This document shows positions 8,521 to 17,734 of a stretch of DNA of 64,000 nucleotides, piece by piece (within the stretch, counting starts at the first letter, position 1; the number at the start of each line of letters is the position of its first letter). Below the pieces are notes generated by a model. The model saw only the letters and a list, made by a program, of their open reading frames with translations, made no database searches and was not told where the DNA came from. A program made the position numbers and the translations under genes. The stretch is from an uncultured Gammaproteobacteria bacterium (GTDB lineage Bacteria; Patescibacteriota; Patescibacteriia; SG8-24; DYFX01). The stretch is from contig CAZHHN010000001.1 of the NCBI GenBank assembly GCA_964532415.1, positions 11,946-75,945 on the forward strand, written 5' to 3'.

Positions 8521-9327
8521 TCAGCGCGGCATGTCCTTTTCGGTAACCAAGGCCAGGAACATCGGGATCTCGCGGCGGGCGGCATTTTCGGCGCGGGCTT
8601 TGGGTCCGGGATCGCTGACGCGGTGCGACGGCCATTCTTCCAGATCGACGAGGACGAACCCGGCCGCCGCCAGCGCTTTCACGTAGATGTGCAGCGGACG
8701 GTGAAACGAATGCGTGACCACTTCCGGCGCCGCGCCGGGGTGCGCCTGGATCGGCACGTCGTAGGAACCGAGATATGTGTCGATCCGACGGTATTGCAAT
8801 TTGCGCGCTTCGTCCCAGCCCCAGCCGCTTTGCCGGGGCTGCCGGAAGGCCGGATGGTTCATGACGATCACGAAGCGGGCGGCCGGTTTCAGGATTTTTG
8901 AGGCTTCATGAAAAACCGGGCCGATGTCCTCGATATTTTGAATCGCCAGGATGCAGGCGGCGCCGTCGAAAGAAACGGGCCGATATCCCGCTGCGAATCT
9001 CCGGGCGTCCGCGACGGCATAGTCCGTATTCCGCGGCGCGAGTTTCTTGGCGCGGGCGATGAGCGACGGCGAGGCATCGAAACCGGAAACATGCACGCCC
9101 GGCCGGCGCGCGATCAAGCGAGAAAAGGCGCCTTCCCCGCAGGCGATGTCCAGATAGCGCCGGCCCGGAGCGGGGGAGAGCAGCCGTTCGGCGCCGGGGA
9201 AGATGACCGCATCCTGAAAGGTCCCGTCTTTTTCCAGATGCCGGCCGTACCAGCGCGCCACGCCTTCCCAGCTGGTGCGCGCCGGAGGTCGGCTGCCGTG
9301 ATGATGAGGCGTCTTGCGGGCTCGCAT
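8521..9327 (-). CDS. class I SAM-dependent methyltransferase
   Basis: YLDIACGEG motif I, GFDASPSLI, MNHPAFR. Confidence 0.9.
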   Translation of the reverse strand: MRARKTPHHHGSRPPARTSWEGVARWYGRHLEKDGTFQDAVIFPGAERLLSPAPGRRYLDIACGEGAFSRLIARRPGVHVSGFDASPSLIARAKKLAPRNTDYAVADARRFAAGYRPVSFDGAACILAIQNIEDIGPVFHEASKILKPAARFVIVMNHPAFRQPRQSGWGWDEARKLQYRRIDTYLGSYDVPIQAHPGAAPEVVTHSFHRPLHIYVKALAAAGFVLVDLEEWPSHRVSDPGPKARAENAARREIPMFLALVTEKDMPR

Positions 9328-9386
9328 ATGCCAAGAGTGTAATGGATTTCCGTCGGGAAGCGAAACGGATTATTTGTCATGCCTTG

Positions 9387-9415
9387 TTGACATTTTTACG
9401 CTTTCCTGCTAGCAT
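9387..9415 (+). promoter_or_regulatory. sigma70-type promoter
   Basis: TTGACA-17 nt-TAGCAT with TG extension. Confidence 0.65.
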
Positions 9416-9469
9416 GACGTCTTGATCTTTCTCTCTCCATTCATCACAAACCGATTTCCGGAGGTTTTC

Positions 9470-10573
9470 GTGCAGAATGCCAACAAGAATTCCTGGCAAG
9501 CCGCCCACTATTTCGTGGCCATTGCCACGTTTTCCATCTGCGCCCTCCTCGGACTTCGGCGCTGTCAGCATCGCCCGTCTCCGGAGGCTCCCGTTCAGGC
9601 TGCGATCTCTCCTTCCGCAACGGCGAGGGCTGTGCCTCCCAATCGCGTCGTCCTGATCAGCCTCGACGGCGTGTCGAAGGCGGTGGCGCAGACCATGCCC
9701 CAGCTTCGCGAGATGTTCTCCGAAGGTTCCGGCACCACTCGGGCACTCGTTCCGCCCGGTCATACGACCTCCATCTCGCACAACGTACTCTTCAGTGGCG
9801 CGGATCCTGAGTTCAGCGGGGTGGACTGCGAGCCCGACGAGGAGCGCTGCATGCGGAAATTTCCCTACGTGCACGCGCATTACCACGGCTCCAAGTTCAG
9901 CTGGGCGCCGCTCCTGTTTACTCCACCGACGTTCAAGACGCTGGTCATGGCGGTGGAGGAAGCCGGCTACGGGTTCAGAGGCGCCGTCCAGAAGGGCAAG
10001 CTTGCCGGTCTGTTCCGCCGCAGCGGCCAAACCCACGGAATCATCAGTACCGAGAACGTCCGCCAGATCGTCGCGACGGCCTGCGAGGCGTTGCGCGATG
10101 ATAGGATCCGCCTCGTCATCCTGCATTTTAAGGGTGTCGACGGTGCCGGGCACCTGTATCACTGGGGCTCCAAGGAGCAGTATGCGGAAGCCGCTCTCAT
10201 CGATGCGCAGTTGCGGGAGATCCGCGGATGCATCCGTCAGGCGAACGATCGGGCGAAGGTTCTGCATGGTGTCCAGACGATCCTGATTGTTACGGCCGAC
10301 CATGGCGGAACGCCCGGCGGCGGCCATTGCGGACGCGCCTTCGATAACGATGCGACCTGGCTCGTGCCCTGGGTCGCCGTCGGTCCCGGCATCAAGCCGG
10401 GCTATGAGATCGTCGGGCGCCCAGAACTCATGCCCGCACACGGAGGCGTTCTCAAGCCGAGAATCCTGCTGGCCGACACCGTGCCGACGATCCTCCGGCT
10501 GCTCAAGCTGTCCCCGAACGCCATTCCGACGCTTTCGAAACGGGCCCGGACGATCGACGAGATCTTTCTCTGA
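9470..10573 (+). CDS. exported alkaline phosphatase/nucleotide pyrophosphatase superfamily protein
   Basis: GGAGG SD plus GTG; N-terminal hydrophobic segment; VVLISLDG, D..GH..HWGS..Y and IVTADHGG metal motifs. Confidence 0.85.
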   Translation: MQNANKNSWQAAHYFVAIATFSICALLGLRRCQHRPSPEAPVQAAISPSATARAVPPNRVVLISLDGVSKAVAQTMPQLREMFSEGSGTTRALVPPGHTTSISHNVLFSGADPEFSGVDCEPDEERCMRKFPYVHAHYHGSKFSWAPLLFTPPTFKTLVMAVEEAGYGFRGAVQKGKLAGLFRRSGQTHGIISTENVRQIVATACEALRDDRIRLVILHFKGVDGAGHLYHWGSKEQYAEAALIDAQLREIRGCIRQANDRAKVLHGVQTILIVTADHGGTPGGGHCGRAFDNDATWLVPWVAVGPGIKPGYEIVGRPELMPAHGGVLKPRILLADTVPTILRLLKLSPNAIPTLSKRARTIDEIFL

Positions 10574-10644
10574 CTTTTCCTCATTCCGGCGACGCAGTGA
10601 CCATGCGCCGCCGTTTTGTTATACTGAACGCACAACGCATTTCT

Positions 10645-10938
10645 ATGCTGCCGCGCCGCGCCGATCCCGAAGACCGTTTGTTCCTGGCCGAAACGGGCGG
10701 CCAGGTGCCCGAGGTCGATCTCCACGGGTTGCGCGCCGACGAAGCGCTGGACGCCGCGGAACGCCTGCTGCAGTCGGCTTTCGTTGCCGGGGCGCCGGCC
10801 GTCCGTTTGGTGCATGGGAAGGGCGAGGGCCGTCTGCGGGACGCGCTGGGCCGTTTCCTTCGTGCGCATCCGCTCGTCGCCCGCTTTCGCGAAACGCTCT
10901 CGGGCGGAGCGACGCTCGTGGCGCTCGTCGAACGTTGA
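10645..10938 (+). CDS. stand-alone Smr/MutS2 C-terminal domain protein
   Basis: VDLHGL, VHGKGEGRLR and GGAT motifs. Confidence 0.9.
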   Translation: MLPRRADPEDRLFLAETGGQVPEVDLHGLRADEALDAAERLLQSAFVAGAPAVRLVHGKGEGRLRDALGRFLRAHPLVARFRETLSGGATLVALVER

Positions 10939-10946
10939 ATCTACGT

Positions 10947-12287
10947 ATGCATGACCAATCGCACCGCAAAGCCTGGGTCGTGACCGTTGACATGGGTTAC
11001 GGCCACGAGCGCGCCTCCCATGCCATCCGCGATTTGGCGTACGGCGACGTGATCGTGGCCAACAACTATCCCGGCATTCCCGAACGGGACAAGCATCTTT
11101 GGCGCCAGAGCCGCAGGCTGTATGAAGCCTTTTCGCGTTTCAAGACCTTTCCGCTCATCGGCGAGGCGGTCTGGGACGTCTTCGACAGTTTCCAGGAGAT
11201 CAAGCCCTTCTATCCGCGTCGCGACCTGTCCAAGCCGAACCTGCAGCTGCTGCAGCTCTATTACCTGATCGAAAAGAAGGGCTTGGGCCGCGATCTGATC
11301 GAGACACTCCGGAACCGCCGGAACATTCCGCTGGTCTGCACCTTCTTCCTGCCGGCCTTCGCGGCGGATTATTTCGATTATCCGGAAGACATTTACCTCG
11401 TCACGACCGATGCCGACGTTAGCCGCACCTGGGTCGCCAAGGATCCGAAGCGCAGCCGCATCAAATATTTCGCCTCGAATGGGCGTGTCGTCGAGCGCCT
11501 CAAGCTCTACGGCGTGCCGCCCGAGAACATTTTTCTGACCGGTTTCCCGCTTTCCAAGGAACTCATCGGCGGCGCCAGTTACGAGACGATCAAACAGGAC
11601 CTCGGCGAGCGCCTCTGCCACCTCGATCCGAACGGCATCTTCCATTCCGTCTACGAAGAGATCATCCGAAAGGAGCTTGGCCGCACGTACGGTCGTCGGG
11701 AGCCGACGCACCCGCTCACGCTGACCTTCAGCGTCGGTGGCGCCGGTGCGCAGCGCGAGCTCGGCCTCCGCGTCGCCGAGAGCCTGCGCGAGAAAATCCG
11801 GCGCGGCAAGATCATTCTGAACCTGGTCGCCGGCACCAAAAAGGAGGTCGCCGCCTTTTTCAAAAAAGGACTGATCGGGATCGGTCTTGGCTCCGATCTG
11901 GGCGAAGGTGTGCGCATCCACTACTATCACGACCGTCCCAGCTATTTCCGGAAATTCGACCAGCTGGTGCGCCGTTCGGATATTCTCTGGACCAAGCCGA
12001 GCGAGCTCTCCTTTTATACCGGCGTCGGACTGCCGATCATCGTGGCACCGCCGATCGGTTCGCAGGAGAAGTTCAACGAGCTCTGGCTGCGGACCGTCGG
12101 CGGCGGCACGCCCCAGAACGATCCGGCCTACACCGACGAATGGCTGTTCGACTGGGTCGAGTCGGGCGGCCTGGCGCGCATGGCCTGGAGCGGCTTCATC
12201 GAAGCGCCGACGCACGGGGCCTACCGCATTGAGGAGATCATCACCGGCCGGCCGGTCAAACTTGAAAAACTGCCGCTCATCGTCTGA
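10947..12287 (+). CDS. GT-B fold glycosyltransferase-like protein (MGDG synthase/GT28-like)
   Basis: VDMGYGH.RA N-terminus; VGGAG; DILWTKPSELS...GLPII..PIG.QE..N. Confidence 0.7.
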   Translation: MHDQSHRKAWVVTVDMGYGHERASHAIRDLAYGDVIVANNYPGIPERDKHLWRQSRRLYEAFSRFKTFPLIGEAVWDVFDSFQEIKPFYPRRDLSKPNLQLLQLYYLIEKKGLGRDLIETLRNRRNIPLVCTFFLPAFAADYFDYPEDIYLVTTDADVSRTWVAKDPKRSRIKYFASNGRVVERLKLYGVPPENIFLTGFPLSKELIGGASYETIKQDLGERLCHLDPNGIFHSVYEEIIRKELGRTYGRREPTHPLTLTFSVGGAGAQRELGLRVAESLREKIRRGKIILNLVAGTKKEVAAFFKKGLIGIGLGSDLGEGVRIHYYHDRPSYFRKFDQLVRRSDILWTKPSELSFYTGVGLPIIVAPPIGSQEKFNELWLRTVGGGTPQNDPAYTDEWLFDWVESGGLARMAWSGFIEAPTHGAYRIEEIITGRPVKLEKLPLIV

Positions 12288-12288
12288 T

Positions 12289-13278
12289 ATGTCCGCTCGT
12301 CGCCGCGCGATCACGATCGGCGTGCTCGGACTGGCCGCGCTGGCCGGGCTGTTCTTCTGGTACCGACGCGACGCTTTCCGGACGGAAGGGCGGCCGGACT
12401 ACGGCGTGACGTTCTCGACGCAGTACGCCAGAAGCCTCGGCCTCGACTGGAAGCAGGCCTTCACCTCCACGCTCGACGACCTGCGCGTCCGCAAGTTCCG
12501 CATTCCGGTCTATTGGGACGACGTCGAAGGGCAAAAAGGAAAAGAAGATTGGTCCGACGTCGACTGGATGCTCGAACAGGCCTCCGCCCGCGGCGCCGAC
12601 GTGATCCTGGCGGTCGGACGCAAGACGCCGCGCTGGCCGGAATGCCACGTGCCGGCCTGGGCGCAGGCCATGTCTGAAGACGCGCAGCGCAGGGAAGTGC
12701 TGCGTTTCCTGCAGGAAGAGATCGACCATTTCAGGGGCGCGCCGGCGGTGAAAGTCTGGCAGGTCGAAAACGAGCCGCTTTTCCATTTCGGCAAATGCCC
12801 GCCGCCCGACCGCGAATTTCTGAAGCGCGAAATCGCGCTGGTGCGCGGAGCGGATCTCCGTCCGATTATGGTCACGGACAGCGGCGAACTCTCGACCTGG
12901 ATCCGGACCGGAACGCTCGGCGACATTCTCGGCATCAGCATGTACCGCCTCGTTTGGAACAGCTATCTCGGCGGGCTCTACTGGCCGGTGTCGCCCATCT
13001 ATTACACCGACCGCATCAACCTGCTCAGCCCGATCATCCGCCGGGTGATCATCAGCGAACTCCAGGCCGAACCGTGGTTCATCAAGGCGCCCGCCGAAAC
13101 TCCGATCTCCGCCCAACTCGATCAGATGAATCCGGCCCGTCTGCGCGGCAACGCCGAATTCGCCGCTTCGACCGGCGCAGGCGAAATCTACCTGTGGGGC
13201 GTCGAATGGTGGTATTGGCTGAAAACGCGCGGTCACGGGGAACTCTGGGAAGCCGCGCGCCCGCTTTATGCGCCCTGA
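12289..13278 (+). CDS. membrane-anchored clan GH-A glycoside hydrolase
   Basis: N-terminal TM; RIPVYW..VE, GRKTPRWPECH, WQVENEP (acid/base) and ISELQAEPW (nucleophile). Confidence 0.8.
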   Translation: MSARRRAITIGVLGLAALAGLFFWYRRDAFRTEGRPDYGVTFSTQYARSLGLDWKQAFTSTLDDLRVRKFRIPVYWDDVEGQKGKEDWSDVDWMLEQASARGADVILAVGRKTPRWPECHVPAWAQAMSEDAQRREVLRFLQEEIDHFRGAPAVKVWQVENEPLFHFGKCPPPDREFLKREIALVRGADLRPIMVTDSGELSTWIRTGTLGDILGISMYRLVWNSYLGGLYWPVSPIYYTDRINLLSPIIRRVIISELQAEPWFIKAPAETPISAQLDQMNPARLRGNAEFAASTGAGEIYLWGVEWWYWLKTRGHGELWEAARPLYAP

Positions 13279-14422
13279 CGTTTTTTCCTTTCTGGTTTCC
13301 GATCGACCGGCGCCAATCGACCGGCGCCATCTTCCGTTCGCCGTTCGCGCCACGGAGATCATTGGCTGGATGTTGACCGCTGTTCTGGCGGCGATCGCGC
13401 TCTGGCTTCCCGAAGCGGGGCTGGCCGCGCATCGCGCCTGGCTTCTGGCGATCGCGGCGATCGGCGCCGGGGCTTGCCTGTGGTGGCGCTCTCGGACGGC
13501 GCGAACGTTCGGAGAGCGGGGAGATCAGGCACATGCGGCGCTCGCTGTGAGCGCGGGCATGGTCGCGTTGCTTACGGTTTTTCTCTATCTGCTGCCGGGC
13601 GCTCCGGGATTCCTCTACGACCTGTATGCGCTGCCCGTCATCGGCGCGGCCGTCGCATTGGACGCGCGCGCCGTGATCGGCGGAGGCGGCGCGGCCCTGT
13701 TCGCGGCGCTCTTCCTGCATATGGCGGAATGGACCTCCGGCCCGTTCTGGTCGGAAGAGATGTTCGTGCGGGGCAGCGCGATCATCTTGGTGACGATCGC
13801 GCTCGCGCTTGTGGCTGAGAGTTGGCGCGCGGCGCATGCCGGAACCGAACGCCTGGCCGAAGAAGTCAACGGCAATCTTGCCGAACTTCGGCTTCTCGCT
13901 TCGCTCGGCGGACAGGTCGAAGCGCTTTCCGACCTCCGTGCCCTGGCTGGGCGCATCGGACTGATCGCTGCCGAGGCCGCCGGCGCGGAACGGCATGCTT
14001 GTTTTTTCAGGGGCGAAGGCGCAGACGCTTTCCGGCCGATGGACAATGCCGGCGGTGCCGATCTGCTCGCGTTCGGACGCATGGACAGCGTGCGTGCCGT
14101 CATGGAGACCGGATTCCCGAGGATCTGGCCGAAGCTTGAAGAGCCGGTGCGGAACCTGCTGGCCGTCCCGCTGCAGGTGCGCGGAGCGCGGATCGGCGTC
14201 CTCTGCCTCGCGAGCCGTCGGAACGGGCGCCATTTCGATCGGGAAGCCGTACGCTCGGCTGAACGCGTGGCCGCGCTTGCGGGCGGCTTGTTCCGCGGCG
14301 CTTTGGACATCGAGCGGGCTCGCCAAGAGCGTCGGGCGGCGGAGCGGCTGGCGGCGCTCGTGGCCGGCCGCGAGGCGACGGGACTTCCGTACGAAGAATT
14401 CCCCGAATCGTCACGTCCATGA
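13268..14422 (+). CDS. multi-TM protein with C-terminal GAF domain
   Basis: Several TM helices then LLAVPLQVRGARIGVLCL...F (GAF); no kinase motifs. Confidence 0.75.
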   Translation: MRPDVFSFLVSDRPAPIDRRHLPFAVRATEIIGWMLTAVLAAIALWLPEAGLAAHRAWLLAIAAIGAGACLWWRSRTARTFGERGDQAHAALAVSAGMVALLTVFLYLLPGAPGFLYDLYALPVIGAAVALDARAVIGGGGAALFAALFLHMAEWTSGPFWSEEMFVRGSAIILVTIALALVAESWRAAHAGTERLAEEVNGNLAELRLLASLGGQVEALSDLRALAGRIGLIAAEAAGAERHACFFRGEGADAFRPMDNAGGADLLAFGRMDSVRAVMETGFPRIWPKLEEPVRNLLAVPLQVRGARIGVLCLASRRNGRHFDREAVRSAERVAALAGGLFRGALDIERARQERRAAERLAALVAGREATGLPYEEFPESSRP

Positions 14423-16914
14423 GGCGGCGCATACGGAGCACATGGCTCGAGATCGCCGCCGGTTTCGAGCTGCTGTTCGCGGCCAAACTGGCCTACGATG
14501 TCCGCCCCGTTTTCTCGTCGGGAATCTTCGGTTCTCCGGCGGATCTGTCTTCGCTTGCGCTCCTGCTCGCGGGTTGCGCCGTGTTTTTGCTGCACGCCGT
14601 CCGTCAGCTTCCGACCGCCCGGCGGGCATGTTTCGCCGTGGCCGCGCTTACCAGCCTGCCGTCCGCCTGGTGGTTGGTGCGCAACGGTTGGAACGATGTC
14701 GCCATCCTGCTGATTCTCCTGGGCGTCTGGTTCGCGGCGGCAGCGGCGTTTCGCGCCTGGGATCCGCCGCCGCAGAAGCCGGAGGAACGGTCGATGCAGG
14801 GAATCGCGCTGTATGTCGCCGCGACGCTCGTCGCGGTCGGCATTTCCCGTTTCGCGCACCTTGACGGCAGGGCCGTCGCAGCAGGGCTTGCCTGTGTTGC
14901 CGCCGCCGCGATTCTGGTCTATGCAGAGTACGTCGCCAACCGACGCCTGCGGTTGTATGCGGCGGCGGCTGGGGGCGCGGTCGTGCTGTCTTTGGCGCTG
15001 CGCGCGCTTTCAGACAGCGGCGCGGCCGCCGCGGGCGCGTTTCTTGCCCTGTTTGGCGCGCTGCTCCTTTCCGTGGCGATCCCGTATCTTCCGGAAGCCG
15101 CCGACGAGATGTCGGGCGCGCCGGAACGGCAGCGGGAAATGTGCCTGCACCAGCGCGCCTGCGAAGCGATCCTGTGGGCCGTCATGGCGCTGTCGATCCT
15201 GTACATGAACCGGAGGCAGTCGTTCGACGCACACATGTACTTTTTGGCGTTTTTCTCCGCCGCGCTCGTGACGCAATTCGGTTTTCGCGCGCGGCCCGTC
15301 CGGGCCCTGACCGAGCGCTCGTATCTTTTCGCGCTTTTCGGCATGATCGGCGTTTCGCTGCTGCTCATGGCCGCCACCGGCGGCGCGGGCGGACCGTTCG
15401 TCTATCTCGCCTACCTGTCCGTCTATGCCGGTACGGTGATCGTCGCTCCGTCCTGGTCGATCGTGACGGCCGGCGTCTACGTCGCCTATATCCTGGCGGA
15501 TGCCATCGGAGCCTGGTGGAGAGGCGGCGCGCCGCACGCCTGGGCCGATCTCGCTCCCGGCCTTTCGCAGGCGTCCTTCCTTGCCGCCTCCGTACTGCTC
15601 ATCGGCGGCTACACCGCCTGGACCGGACGGCGCCGCGCCAAACATGCCGAGGCGCTCATGGCGGCCAACCGGCGATTGGCCGAATCGCTCCGCTCGGCCG
15701 TGCGCGAACGCGAGCAATCCGAGCGGCGCTCGATCGAGCAGAAAAAGCTCAACGACGATCTGCTCGAGATGCGTTCCGCGCTCATGAACGTCCTGGAAGA
15801 CGTGCAGGAATCCAAGCGGCAGCTCGAACTTGACCGGCGCCGCGAATTCGCCAGCCTGAACGCGCTCGGTGAGGGCGTCATCGCCACCGCCAAAGACGGC
15901 GCGATCTTCCTGTGCAATCCGGCCGGCGCCGCGCTGCTCGGCCTCGACGCCAAGACCGTCGTCGGTCAGCCTCTCGAACGGACCGTTCGGCTGTTCGAGG
16001 AAAACGGCAGCGTCCTGCAGACCGGGGCATTCGAAACTGCCTTTGCCGGAAAAGCGACGCCGCTGTCCGCCCGGTTGGTGCTGCTGCGGGAGGATGGCAG
16101 GCGCGTTCCGGTCTCCGGCAGCGTCGCTCCGTATTTCGACGAGGAGAACCGTCTGGCCGGCGTCGTGCTGGCTTTCCGAGACGTGACGGTCGAACGGGAG
16201 ATCGACCGTCAGAAGTCGGATTTCATCTCGATCGCCTCACATCAGCTCCGCACGCCGCTTTCGGCGCTCCGTTGGTTCCTTGATCTGCTTCTGGCGGGCG
16301 ATGCCGGCGCGCTCAAGCCCCGGCAGAAGGAATATCTGGAAGACATGTCGGTTTCGACGGTGCGCATGATCAAACTGGTCGGCGACCTGCTCAACATCAC
16401 ACGCATCGAGTCCGGCCGCATCACGCCCAGGCCGCAGCGCGTCGACGTGGCGGCTTTCGCCGGCGATCTTGCGCGCGAGCACGCGCCGCTCTTCAAGAGC
16501 CGCGAAATCCATTTTGCCGTTCAGGTTGACGCGCGGGCGCGCACGATTTACGTCGATCCGGCGCTGGCGCATCAGGCCGTCGCCAATGTACTCTCGAACG
16601 CCGTCAAATATACGCCCAGCGGCGGAAGGGTCGATTTCAGCGTGGGCGTCGACGGGCGCATGGTCGTCTTCAGCGTCAGGGACACCGGCGTCGGCATTCC
16701 TCAGGCGCAGCAATACCGTGTCTACGACAAGTTCTTCCGGGGCGAAAACGTCGTGGCGCAGGAGACGGGAGGCAGCGGCCTTGGATTGTACGTGACGAAG
16801 CTGATCATCGAACTGTCCGGCGGTCAGATCTGGTTCGAATCGAAGGAAGGCCGCGGCACGACCTTTTCGATGGCCTTGCCCACCGCGGTTCCCGAAGGTA
16901 CAATGCCCGCATAA
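14419..16914 (+). CDS. multi-TM PAS sensor histidine kinase
   Basis: Many TM helices, coiled coil, PAS (EGVI...CNPAG..LLG), H-box SHQLRTPL, N-box NAVKY, G boxes DTGVGI and GSGLGL. Confidence 0.95.
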   Translation: MRRRIRSTWLEIAAGFELLFAAKLAYDVRPVFSSGIFGSPADLSSLALLLAGCAVFLLHAVRQLPTARRACFAVAALTSLPSAWWLVRNGWNDVAILLILLGVWFAAAAAFRAWDPPPQKPEERSMQGIALYVAATLVAVGISRFAHLDGRAVAAGLACVAAAAILVYAEYVANRRLRLYAAAAGGAVVLSLALRALSDSGAAAAGAFLALFGALLLSVAIPYLPEAADEMSGAPERQREMCLHQRACEAILWAVMALSILYMNRRQSFDAHMYFLAFFSAALVTQFGFRARPVRALTERSYLFALFGMIGVSLLLMAATGGAGGPFVYLAYLSVYAGTVIVAPSWSIVTAGVYVAYILADAIGAWWRGGAPHAWADLAPGLSQASFLAASVLLIGGYTAWTGRRRAKHAEALMAANRRLAESLRSAVREREQSERRSIEQKKLNDDLLEMRSALMNVLEDVQESKRQLELDRRREFASLNALGEGVIATAKDGAIFLCNPAGAALLGLDAKTVVGQPLERTVRLFEENGSVLQTGAFETAFAGKATPLSARLVLLREDGRRVPVSGSVAPYFDEENRLAGVVLAFRDVTVEREIDRQKSDFISIASHQLRTPLSALRWFLDLLLAGDAGALKPRQKEYLEDMSVSTVRMIKLVGDLLNITRIESGRITPRPQRVDVAAFAGDLAREHAPLFKSREIHFAVQVDARARTIYVDPALAHQAVANVLSNAVKYTPSGGRVDFSVGVDGRMVVFSVRDTGVGIPQAQQYRVYDKFFRGENVVAQETGGSGLGLYVTKLIIELSGGQIWFESKEGRGTTFSMALPTAVPEGTMPA

Positions 16915-16930
16915 GTCCCAGTTTTCTCCC

Positions 16931-17308
16931 ATGGCCAAAACCATCCTGATCGTCGAGGACGAGCAGAGCATGCAGCGGGCGCTGAAAAGCAAGCTGGAAC
17001 ACGCCGGGTATCAGGTGCGGACGGCGAGCGACGGCGAAGAGGCTATGTCCGTGCTCAAAGATTCCTCTCTTCCGGATCTCGTCCTGCTCGACCTGATCAT
17101 GCCCAGGATGGACGGCATCACCGTGCTCCGCCAGATGAAAGCCGACGAGCGGCTGCGCGCGGTGCCGGTCGTGATCCTGACGAATCTGAGCGCGGGCGAC
17201 AAGGTCGCCGAAGCCATGCAGCTCGGCACCTTCGATTTCCTGGTGAAGGCCAATTACTCGCTCGACGACGTGCTGAAAAAGGTCGCCGATCGTCTGGGCC
17301 CGCCTTAG
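16931..17308 (+). CDS. single-domain response regulator
   Basis: ILIVEDE, PDLVLLDLIMP.MDG, ILTN, FLVK; no output domain. Confidence 0.95.
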   Translation: MAKTILIVEDEQSMQRALKSKLEHAGYQVRTASDGEEAMSVLKDSSLPDLVLLDLIMPRMDGITVLRQMKADERLRAVPVVILTNLSAGDKVAEAMQLGTFDFLVKANYSLDDVLKKVADRLGPP

Positions 17309-17321
17309 GATCGCGCAGGCT

Positions 17322-17705
17322 ATGGCAAAATCTTCCAAAAAAATTCTGGTCGTCGAAGACGAGACGTTTCTCGTCAAGATTTATGCCGTCAAGCTGAAGA
17401 AAGAAGGCTTCGACGTCAGCATTGCGAGCGACGGGGAAGCGGCCATCCGCATGGCGGCGGCGCTCAGGCCCGACCTGATCCTGCTCGACCTGATCCTGCC
17501 GAAACTGAACGGCTTCGAAGCGCTCGAGAAAATCCGCGCCAACCCCGACAACCGGAAGACGCCCGTGATCGTCCTCTCCAATCTCGGTCAGGAAGAGGAC
17601 GTCAAACGGGCTGAGGCGCTCGGAGCCGACGCCTATCTCGTCAAATCCAATTTTTCGATCCAGGACATCGTCGCCAAGATCCGGGAAACGCTCGGGGAAG
17701 CTTAA
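17322..17705 (+). CDS. single-domain response regulator
   Basis: ILVVEDE, PDLILLDLILP.LNG, YLVK; no output domain. Confidence 0.95.
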   Translation: MAKSSKKILVVEDETFLVKIYAVKLKKEGFDVSIASDGEAAIRMAAALRPDLILLDLILPKLNGFEALEKIRANPDNRKTPVIVLSNLGQEEDVKRAEALGADAYLVKSNFSIQDIVAKIRETLGEA

Positions 17706-17734
17706 GTCCGCGGCCGGCCACAGAAGGAGGAACT

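Noticed and set aside
6699-13278. Long N-terminal extensions in the ORF track (6699, 10287, 11887 starts)
   Set aside because: They overlap well-supported upstream genes with low-complexity Arg/Ala/Pro-rich sequence; real starts are 7077, 10947 and 12289.
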